28,625 nucleotides of DNA, taken from IMG/VR virus record IMGVR_UViG_3300035397_000052, positions 1-28,625 of that record, one strand, 5' to 3'. The position numbers and the translations under genes were made by a program. Below the pieces are notes generated by a model, which was not told the DNA's origin, did not search any database, and saw only the letters and a list, made by a program, of their open reading frames with translations. Position 1 is the first letter of the stretch; every line of letters starts with the position of its first letter. The DNA comes from a virus. Taxonomy: Duplodnaviria; Caudoviricetes. Shown here piece after piece: positions 1 to 6,939 of this stretch.

Positions 1-21
1 TAAAAACAAAGGAGTAACAAA

Positions 22-135
22 ATGCAGGAAACACAAGCAACAAGCATAACAGTATGTCCAGAATGTGGGGCTAAACTAGTGCCGGAAGGGGGCTGCGCTT
101 ATTGCCCGGCCTGCGGTTATAGCCCATGCAAATAA
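22..135 (+). CDS. Small stand-alone zinc-ribbon protein (37 aa)
   Basis: Translated by hand: MQETQATSITVCPECGAKLVPEGGCAYCPACGYSPCK. AAAGGAG RBS upstream, and an in-frame TAA at 1-3 shows it is not the tail of a longer ORF. Two CxxC pairs plus a terminal Cys. Below the ORF-track cutoff. Confidence 0.75.
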   Translation: MQETQATSITVCPECGAKLVPEGGCAYCPACGYSPCK

Positions 136-239
136 CAATCATAGTCGGGTGGGTCTTACTAGGCTGCTTAGCATTCATATTCTGTTATGCATTATGCGTT
201 GCAGCAAAAGACGGAGACAATCAACCTAAACCAAAATAA
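126..239 (+). CDS. Small single-pass membrane protein (37 aa)
   Basis: MQITIIVGWVLLGCLAFIFCYALCVAAKDGDNQPKPK. It overlaps the previous stop and fills the gap to the next RBS. One hydrophobic helix followed by ALCxAAxxGD, a pattern common in small Firmicute phage proteins. Confidence 0.6.
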   Translation: MQITIIVGWVLLGCLAFIFCYALCVAAKDGDNQPKPK

Positions 240-251
240 TAGGAGGTACAT

Positions 252-620
252 ATGGAAGGCATCAATAGTTTAATCCTTTTCCTACAAGCTCATTACCTTG
301 ACCTGGCGGCGGTAGTGGTGTTCGTACTACTGGGGTTTTTGCTTTGGAAGAATAGTCCAAGCGGTAGACTTTATGTATCCAGCACAATCAGAGAGCTGGT
401 TGCAGTAGCTGAATTCGAATGGATGTCGAAGCAGGGTAAAACTAAATTCGCACAAGTATACAATAGACTTCCATTCATTGTTAGACTTGTATTTAGTCAG
501 AAAAAGATTAATGACCTTGTAGAAGTAGCCTTAAAGGAACTAAGAGAAGAGCTTGATAAAGTAGAGCAAGCCTGTTTAGCTGAAGGCGTAGACCCTGATT
601 CAGACACTAACATGACTTAA
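252..620 (+). CDS. Holin-like protein, LL-H family-like
   Basis: TAGGAGG RBS. N-terminal TM helix followed by LVxxAE...QGxxKFxxV...I..LVExALxEL, the pattern of LL-H-type holins. Confidence 0.6.
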   Translation: MEGINSLILFLQAHYLDLAAVVVFVLLGFLLWKNSPSGRLYVSSTIRELVAVAEFEWMSKQGKTKFAQVYNRLPFIVRLVFSQKKINDLVEVALKELREELDKVEQACLAEGVDPDSDTNMT

Positions 621-688
621 GTCTTTCCATGGGGCTTAAGTAGTTAGTCATATTTCCTCCTAAATATAGCCTTTGTACAAATAAAGGC

Positions 689-730
689 AATGACTCATCA
701 GGAACAGCGGCCTGATGAGTCATTATTTTT
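689..730 (+). terminator. Rho-independent terminator
   Basis: 14-bp perfect stem AATGACTCATCAGG/CCTGATGAGTCATT, 8-nt loop, followed by ATTTTT. Confidence 0.8.
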
Positions 731-811
731 ATAGAATTATTCCGTAAAAACAACGTTAAAATATATAATAACATAAGAAACAATAAACCAAATAAACGGG
801 AGGATTAATTA

Positions 812-1180
812 ATGAGAGACTATTCAATTCCTGGTGCCATCAATTCAACAGGTCATAGAGACAGGATTTGTAGCAGAAAAATATCAGAGGATTGCTCTGA
901 TTGCATTCGCAATTCAGAGTGCGAACAAAGTACAAAAGAACAGAAACTCATTAAACGCCTTGTAGTAGTCTACGATAACGGATTAATAGACATAGTAGAA
1001 GTTGGAGCAACTGACGGTGTAATAATCCAAAAAATAGGAGACAAAAAACAAATCATATGTCAAGCAACATTAAATCAAATGATGCAGGCACAAAAAATAA
1101 TAATCAGTGAAATGACTGAAGTAGACGGAGAAGCTACAATGCTTTTAGCGCTTCAAAGTTTATTAAATAATATGGAATAA
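812..1180 (+). CDS. Hypothetical protein with N-terminal Cys cluster
   Basis: GGGAGG RBS, C-x7-C-x2-C-x5-C motif, flanked by terminators on both sides. Confidence 0.75.
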   Translation: MRDYSIPGAINSTGHRDRICSRKISEDCSDCIRNSECEQSTKEQKLIKRLVVVYDNGLIDIVEVGATDGVIIQKIGDKKQIICQATLNQMMQAQKIIISEMTEVDGEATMLLALQSLLNNME

Positions 1181-1188
1181 CACTACAT

Positions 1189-1229
1189 AAAATACCACCT
1201 ACGTAAGTAATTGCGTAGGTGGTATTTTT
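1189..1229. terminator. Rho-independent terminator, possibly bidirectional
   Basis: AAAATACCACCTACG...CGTAGGTGGTATTTT inverted repeat with an A-tract before and a T-tract after. Confidence 0.85.
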
Positions 1230-1232
1230 ATA

Positions 1233-1369
1233 TATACATTGCTATTTAAAATCAATATACAATATATGACTTTCAACATTATAGTAAAATTATAATCTAA
1301 TGTGTGCAATGTATAGAAAATCTAAAAGAATGTCTAAACTTCTTGAAAAATATACTATACATTGCTATT
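1233..1369. repeat. Three copies of TATACATTGC (two direct, one inverted)
   Basis: TATACATTGCTATT at 1233 and 1356, and the reverse complement GCAATGTATA at 1306-1315. Confidence 0.7.
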
Positions 1370-1760
1370 AAAAAATGCTATGCAGTACTATTAAAAAACG
1401 GGGTAAAACTTTCCAGAGTAAAAAAATAGGGGTTATAGGTGGGGTAGGGTTCCAAAGGGTTAGAATTAAAACCAAATAATTTTAGAAATAATTTTCAAAA
1501 CTATAGAAAATGGTAAATCTCAAAATTGAATGTCACTTTATGACTAAACGCTGACATACAAGAGTATTAAATAGTAGGCTACTCAGGAGCATTTATATGA
1601 TATTCAGTAGTATTAAAACACACAAACAAACCGATTTAAATGGTTTATTGGAAAAATGGAAAAGTTATATTCGGAGAAATTGGCAATGAAAACGGTAGAT
1701 AAATGGAAGCCGTATTTACATAATGATGAAAAATAAAGATTAAAATTAAGATTAAAATTA

Positions 1761-1788
1761 TTGCAATTCCATGTAGAAGTGGTATAAT
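1761..1788 (+). promoter_or_regulatory. SigmaA-type promoter with extended -10
   Basis: TTGCAA-16 nt-TATAAT with TG at the extended -10 position. AT-rich UP-like tandem AAGATTAAAATT x2 at 1736-1759. Lies 60 nt upstream of ORF 1849. Confidence 0.75.
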
Positions 1789-1848
1789 TAAAGAGTAAGT
1801 TAGGTGGTTTTAATTTTAATTCCGTAAAGAAAGGCAGGCCGAAGAATT

Positions 1849-2331
1849 ATGTTTAATAAATTGATATTTGGGCTTCTAAGGAGAAGTCACAAACTGCAAG
1901 ACAGATTGCAGTTAATCATAGAAAAAGTAGAAATATCTGGCGTCAATGATGCCGAAACTTCTGCTCTCATATTGGAACAAATGTTCCAATATGCTGACAC
2001 CAATGCCAAGCTATTGGCAAGAGTATCAACCATGTCCGAGCAGGACATGGATTTAGACGATCTAAATGTTAAAGTCGAAAGACTTTTAAAACTCTTTGAG
2101 AGTAATGTAGGAGCAATAGCCTGCTCCGACAAAATGAAAACCGTCCCAATTCGTGGACGGTCCGACATATCCACAGAGTCAATAGCGGCTCTGTACGCAA
2201 CTGGTCTCTCTAACAAAGAGATCGGAGACCGCCTCGGCATTACTGGGGCAGCGGTGGCGGACCGCTTAAAAAAATCCGGTCAATATGTAGGCAAGAAAGC
2301 CGACTATGGTAAGAAAAGGAGAACAGTATGA
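1849..2331 (+). CDS. DNA-binding protein with C-terminal helix-turn-helix
   Basis: IAALYATGLSNKEIGDRLGITGAAVADRLKKSG is a typical sigma region-4/LuxR-like HTH. Coiled-coil-like N-terminal half. Confidence 0.75.
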   Translation: MFNKLIFGLLRRSHKLQDRLQLIIEKVEISGVNDAETSALILEQMFQYADTNAKLLARVSTMSEQDMDLDDLNVKVERLLKLFESNVGAIACSDKMKTVPIRGRSDISTESIAALYATGLSNKEIGDRLGITGAAVADRLKKSGQYVGKKADYGKKRRTV

Positions 2332-2627
2332 TAGAATTCTTATCAGCTGAAAAAAAATTAAGATTAGAGAATAAATTAAAACTTATATATGAAACTGTAT
2401 TATCTTTCAGAGAATACACAATTGCATTCAATAAGGAAAGCGAATGCCCAACAGTGGCATTAATGGGAGAAATAGTTGAAATGCAAGAGTATGGACAACT
2501 AAAAGCTCTATCTAATCATAGAGCTTATAGCAATGGTATACTTGTAATTCTGGTATATGAGAGATGGTATCAGTTAATAGCTAATAAAGATACATATTGC
2601 ATAGATAGGGGAAGAGATGAATATTAA
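2328..2627 (+). CDS. Hypothetical protein
   Basis: AAGGAG RBS, ATGA overlap with the previous gene. Confidence 0.7.
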   Translation: MIEFLSAEKKLRLENKLKLIYETVLSFREYTIAFNKESECPTVALMGEIVEMQEYGQLKALSNHRAYSNGILVILVYERWYQLIANKDTYCIDRGRDEY

Positions 2628-2877
2628 CAAACTTAAACTTATATACAATATAATATATAAGATTAAAAATGAATACTTCTGTTTAAATGACGGCAATATT
2701 ACAATCTTGTCAGCTGACTTTGAAATAATACCAACATATCCTAACTTAGAGTATAAATGTGCTGTACAAAACAATGAATATACGTGGATATATTATAGAC
2801 ATGACCACTCCTGTGAAAAACTACATACGCGTTCTTGTGGGGTTGAAGCTTTAGGATTTATCAAAGACATGCTATAG
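2617..2877 (+). CDS. Hypothetical protein
   Basis: AGGGGG RBS, overlaps the previous stop, shares NKLKLIY with the previous ORF. Confidence 0.7.
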   Translation: MNINKLKLIYNIIYKIKNEYFCLNDGNITILSADFEIIPTYPNLEYKCAVQNNEYTWIYYRHDHSCEKLHTRSCGVEALGFIKDML

Positions 2878-2895
2878 TATATAAGGAGAATTAAA

Positions 2896-3618
2896 ATGAG
2901 TGCACATGATCAAGGACTTATGCAAGCAATGCAATCAACTTTAAAGTTTAATTCGGAGCTAAAGCGCTTCGAATTTTACATAATAGCAAAATGCGGCATC
3001 CGTTCGGGTTGCAAGATTTGCTATTATCCCCTCACAGGGATAGTAACCAGAGATGACGTTGAGTTTGGTGTAATAACCAAGTCAACAGATGCTAGGGGTT
3101 ATATGAATGCAGAGATACAATCTCCGTATAAACCAGAGTGTTATGCGGATAACACTGTAAACTGGTTAGATGGCAATCCTGTATCTGTTCAATATACTGC
3201 ATACATTGAACGTATAGTTATAGCCATCCAGGCAACACTGGCTGGCATAACAGACATTTCAGACCTTATAGGAAATCATAAAGATTTGTTCAAGATGAAC
3301 AATCTTTATAATAACGTTGAGTATATTTCTCAACGTGATAACGTCATTCATGGAGCATTGGGTTGCTCCATATTGCATTATGACGAATTCGCACATATGT
3401 GTGAATATAGAAGTAATGCAAAGCACACTTTTAAGGGCCTTATTGCCGGCATTCCGGCAGCAAAGGTTCTAGAATTATATGACTGGTCCGCTCCCTTTAG
3501 GGACCAGTTAGACACTTACAAAAAGTCACTTACTTATAAATTAAAGAAAGGAGAAGAGCGCGAAATAGCGTTTATCAAACCCCAGGTCATCCATGACTTT
3601 ATTAAATTCATAATGTGA
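2896..3618 (+). CDS. HNH endonuclease (HNH_3-like)
   Basis: NHKDLFKMNNLYNNVEYISQRDNVIH (nt ~3274-3351) matches the H-x-D-x2-K-x-NN-x3-N-L-E-x6-N-x2-H beta-beta-alpha-Me motif. Upstream GY motif and AAGGAG RBS. Confidence 0.75.
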   Translation: MSAHDQGLMQAMQSTLKFNSELKRFEFYIIAKCGIRSGCKICYYPLTGIVTRDDVEFGVITKSTDARGYMNAEIQSPYKPECYADNTVNWLDGNPVSVQYTAYIERIVIAIQATLAGITDISDLIGNHKDLFKMNNLYNNVEYISQRDNVIHGALGCSILHYDEFAHMCEYRSNAKHTFKGLIAGIPAAKVLELYDWSAPFRDQLDTYKKSLTYKLKKGEEREIAFIKPQVIHDFIKFIM

Positions 3619-3629
3619 AAGGAGATAAA

Positions 3630-3845
3630 ATGGAGCTACTTGAGTTATTAAAGAGAAAACAGAAAACAATAGGTTCAGATAGAGATATATCAAATGAAAT
3701 AGAAACAATTGCTTTAAAATACCCCGAACTTAAAATAACAAGCCTAGAAGTAGAGACACAGACAGAAAGACTTCACTACACATTAGAAAAATATCCTCGT
3801 ACTATCATACTAGGATATATCACAACAGTATACTATGAGAGATAG
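3630..3845 (+). CDS. Hypothetical protein (71 aa)
   Basis: Start moved from GTG 3615 to ATG 3630, which follows AAAGGAG at normal spacing. Confidence 0.7.
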   Translation: MELLELLKRKQKTIGSDRDISNEIETIALKYPELKITSLEVETQTERLHYTLEKYPRTIILGYITTVYYER

Positions 3846-3854
3846 GAGCTACAA

Positions 3855-4262
3855 ATGATTAAAGACAAGTATAATAAAGCAGTCATAGCATTATGGCTGC
3901 TTTCTCTTTTAGATATGCTATTAACATTACGTAGTATATCTATACATGGAATAAAAACAGTCGAAGGAAATCCATTGTTAATCTGGTTATACAATCAGAG
4001 TCCTCAACTTTTTGTGATATCAAAAGTATTAATAGTATCAATAGCAGTAATAATACTATTGTATACTTCACACGCAGGTGTGAAAGTATACAAAACAGTA
4101 AAAATATTAATAGCCGCATATATAATAATATGCTGTTTAGGTGTTGTAGATATCATAACAGCTATCTATATATACATATATAAAGAAATAGTACACATTG
4201 TAGCACTGTGTTGGCACTGGTATAACACAGGAATTAAGCCGGAGGTATTCTTATGGAAATAA
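3855..4262 (+). CDS. Multi-pass membrane protein, DUF5658-like
   Basis: LLDMLLT...G...EGNPLL...F...K pattern with about 3 TM helices. AGGAG RBS. Confidence 0.7.
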   Translation: MIKDKYNKAVIALWLLSLLDMLLTLRSISIHGIKTVEGNPLLIWLYNQSPQLFVISKVLIVSIAVIILLYTSHAGVKVYKTVKILIAAYIIICCLGVVDIITAIYIYIYKEIVHIVALCWHWYNTGIKPEVFLWK

Positions 4263-4360
4263 AGAAAAAAAGCGATTTAGTTTATATTATACTAGATGTA
4301 ATATTCTGGATTACATTAGGAATAACAGTAACAATTAAATTATTTAACACTTTATTTTAA
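4253..4360 (+). CDS. Small single-pass membrane protein (35 aa)
   Basis: GGAGGT RBS, then MEIKKKSDLVYIILDVIFWITLGITVTIKLFNTLF. Ends just before a terminator. Confidence 0.65.
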   Translation: MEIKKKSDLVYIILDVIFWITLGITVTIKLFNTLF

Positions 4361-4376
4361 ACTAAATCATATCACT

Positions 4377-4405
4377 GGGGGCGGTACTACGTACCGCCCC
4401 CTTTT
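4377..4405 (+). terminator. GC-rich hairpin / Rho-independent terminator
   Basis: GGGGGCGGTAC-TAC-GTACCGCCCCC followed by TTTT. Confidence 0.75.
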
Positions 4406-4442
4406 AATATCATAAAGACAATTATAACAATCACTCCATTAT

Positions 4443-4461
4443 GGCGGCACTACGTGCCGCC
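4443..4461. repeat. Second copy of the GC-rich hairpin, no U-tract
   Basis: GGCGGCAC-TAC-GTGCCGCC, with a compensatory C-G pair relative to the copy at 4377. Confidence 0.75.
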
Positions 4462-4536
4462 CGCTCGCCCTATATCTATAAACAGATCTATAAATATATA
4501 ATGTATTATAAAATATATAAAAGGGGGATTCGTTAA

Positions 4537-4872
4537 ATGCAGATATCAGGAGATAAAAAACGTCGCCTAGCCTGTGAGCAAGCAATAGACCGAAAGTTTA
4601 AGACTTTCAAAGCATGCGCAGAAGCATGCGAAAAGCATGCTAGAAAGATGGGAATACCATCAACATGGTCTCAGTTATCTGTTCAGCACTATGCCACCTG
4701 TTACGCAGACTTTAGTATGCGTCGCATCAAAGTCCTCGCAGACTTACTTGGATTCACTGACCTAAAGGAAATGGACGAGAAATACACACCTCCAGCAGTT
4801 CGTGGCGCTGGGTTGAACTGGGTGGGCGATGAGGGAAGCATCGCTAGGGATTTTGAACTTAAGGCAAAATAA
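4537..4872 (+). CDS. Putative XRE-like HTH transcriptional regulator
   Basis: AAGGGGG RBS. TFKACAEA...SQLSVQHY...SMRRIKVLADLLG resembles the XRE helix pattern. Monocistronic unit just before the packaging genes. The CDS is secure; the function is tentative. Confidence 0.5.
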   Translation: MQISGDKKRRLACEQAIDRKFKTFKACAEACEKHARKMGIPSTWSQLSVQHYATCYADFSMRRIKVLADLLGFTDLKEMDEKYTPPAVRGAGLNWVGDEGSIARDFELKAK

Positions 4873-4880
4873 CAAATAGC

Positions 4881-4918
4881 AATAACCCCTAGTAGTTATC
4901 TACTAGGGGTTATTTTTT
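4881..4918 (+). terminator. Rho-independent terminator
   Basis: 15-bp perfect stem AATAACCCCTAGTAG/CTACTAGGGGTTATT, TTAT loop, T-tract. Confidence 0.85.
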
Positions 4919-5006
4919 ATTCTATTATAGATCGGCATATATGATTAAGTATGATCAACAATATAATATAGTATAAATAATATTTTGTCATATTTTGAGT
5001 TATCAG

Positions 5007-5035
5007 TTGACAGAAATTAATTTCGGCTGTATGAT
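5007..5035 (+). promoter_or_regulatory. SigmaA-type promoter of the packaging/morphogenesis operon with a palindrome in the spacer
   Basis: TTGACA-17 nt-TATGAT. The spacer contains the perfect palindrome GAAATTAATTTC (5013-5024). Confidence 0.8.
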
Positions 5036-5075
5036 TGAACCAAAATAGGGAATGGAGGAAGCGGGGGGTATTGCT

Positions 5076-5582
5076 GTGGCTGGTACATATAAAATAAAAG
5101 ACACTAGCACTTCCGCTTCTTGTGTTGCACGTAGAGAAAGCATAGCCGGAGTAGAGACAGCATGTAAATCTGTAGTAGTATCAGAACTATACACAAAGCT
5201 ACAAACTGATAATAGGTTAGATAGATTTCTTGCTCTTATACAATACTGTTCGTCAGAAGGAAAGACAGTAGATCAATTAATAGAATTTTTGTTTAAAACA
5301 CTTCCAGGATATTTAAATAGTAGAGACTTCAATGCAACTATATTCAAAGCAATGTGCAAAAATCATTCAGACGTGTCAGCTGCTTGGGGTTTTGGTTGTT
5401 TGGGTGATGCTATAAATATGACTATGATAAAAAATAGAGCAGTACAAATAGCAATGGAAACTAAAGATATAGGGCAAATAAAGACATTTAAAGAAATGTA
5501 TGACACAGTAGTTAGTGAACAATCTAAGCCTCCTGCTGTCAGATTTACGTTAGAATTAAAACAGAGTGAGGAATCTGATTGA
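5076..5582 (+). CDS. Terminase small subunit (putative)
   Basis: Immediately upstream of and overlapping terL. GKTVDQL...ATIFKAMCKNHSDVSAAWGFG resembles the TerS HTH region. GTG 5076 follows a GGGGGGT RBS (alternative start ATG 5052). Confidence 0.65.
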   Translation: MAGTYKIKDTSTSASCVARRESIAGVETACKSVVVSELYTKLQTDNRLDRFLALIQYCSSEGKTVDQLIEFLFKTLPGYLNSRDFNATIFKAMCKNHSDVSAAWGFGCLGDAINMTMIKNRAVQIAMETKDIGQIKTFKEMYDTVVSEQSKPPAVRFTLELKQSEESD

Positions 5583-6928
5583 TGGATATCAATCTAAATA
5601 AAATAATATCTAAGACTTTCCTTGAAATAGCATATAAAATAATAAATTGCGACATCATGAAAGCAATTCTAAAAGGCGGACGTAATACAACTAAATCAGC
5701 AGTTGCTGCAATTTGTTTAGTTGTAGGTTGCATGATAAATAACGCTTCAGCAGTAGCAATAGTCAAACATAACAACAAAGTAGAAAGACGATTAGCATCC
5801 CAATTTAGATGGGCTATCAGTATATTAGGAGTCGGTGCTTATTGGAAAGAAAAAGTAGGAAATCAAGAATTTGTGCTACTTGATTCAGACGGAAAAGAAA
5901 CAATGAACTCTATTCGCATGACTGGGTGCGATGACCCTGAAAACCTCAAATCATATAGGGCTCGTTTAGGAACATTCCGTTACGTTTGGATAGAGGAACT
6001 AACAAACTTTAAAAATGCCAGAGAAGTAAACAATCTTATTAATACAATGGCTCGTGGTGGAATGTGTTGCGTTATACATACATTTAATCCACCTGAACGC
6101 ACAAGTAATTGGGTAAATGAGAAATACAATGCGCCAGAAGGCACAGTTTTAAATAAGTCTAGCAATTGTATTTATGAGGAAGTTGAGTTTACTTTTGAAT
6201 CAACAGAAACAAATGAAGCTAGAACAGTCAAACTCATTCAAGCAATTCATCATAGTACATACTTAGATATAATCAGAGACGGCAATGCACACTGGTTAGG
6301 AGACTTACTTTTAGCAGAAGCCAAACTCATGGAAATAGAGAATAATGATAGATATAGAAATGAGTGGCTCGGAGAAGTAATAGGGACAAATGCAAATATA
6401 TTTAGAAACGTAAAAGAGTGGGACGGAGATACTACTGGATTATCTCTTTCCCCCTTATTCAGGGGTTGGGACTGGGGACTTGGTGGACCTGATACTTGTG
6501 CGTATACTACTTGGTTCTATGATAAAAAGAATAAACGAGCTTATTTAATGTTAGAGTTTGGTTCGCCTAAGATGGAAGTAGACACAATAGCGTATGAGAT
6601 GAAAAAGGTAAATCCTCACAATTTCCCCATCAAGGCAGATAGCTCGGTTCCGATACTTAACAATCAACTTATAAACAAAGGGATTACAATTGTAAAAGCT
6701 AAAAAGGGTCCTGATAGTGTTAGAGCAGGCATTGAGTTCTTTAGAAATTTAAACGGAATATACATTAACAAAATTGCAACAACACAATCATTTAAAGAGT
6801 TTAAAAACTATGAATATGTAATAGATAAAGACGGGACAATAACAACACAATTACCAGATAAAAACAATCACTTCATTGACTGTTCAAGATATGCATTTGA
6901 GGATGAAATAAGATACAATGTAGCATAG
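5579..6928 (+). CDS. terL: Terminase large subunit, PBSX/SPP1-like family
   Basis: Walker A LKGGRNTTKS, Walker B YVWIEE, coupling motif TFNP, nuclease motifs GWDWG, ADS and DKNNHFIDCSRYA. Confidence 0.95.
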   Translation: MMDINLNKIISKTFLEIAYKIINCDIMKAILKGGRNTTKSAVAAICLVVGCMINNASAVAIVKHNNKVERRLASQFRWAISILGVGAYWKEKVGNQEFVLLDSDGKETMNSIRMTGCDDPENLKSYRARLGTFRYVWIEELTNFKNAREVNNLINTMARGGMCCVIHTFNPPERTSNWVNEKYNAPEGTVLNKSSNCIYEEVEFTFESTETNEARTVKLIQAIHHSTYLDIIRDGNAHWLGDLLLAEAKLMEIENNDRYRNEWLGEVIGTNANIFRNVKEWDGDTTGLSLSPLFRGWDWGLGGPDTCAYTTWFYDKKNKRAYLMLEFGSPKMEVDTIAYEMKKVNPHNFPIKADSSVPILNNQLINKGITIVKAKKGPDSVRAGIEFFRNLNGIYINKIATTQSFKEFKNYEYVIDKDGTITTQLPDKNNHFIDCSRYAFEDEIRYNVA

Positions 6929-6939
6929 GGGAGATACAA

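Noticed and set aside
4877-4918. Resemblance of TAGCAATAACCCCT...AGGGGTT to the T7 terminator (vector contamination)
   Set aside because: The inner stem and loop differ entirely and no other vector sequence is present. It is a native terminator.
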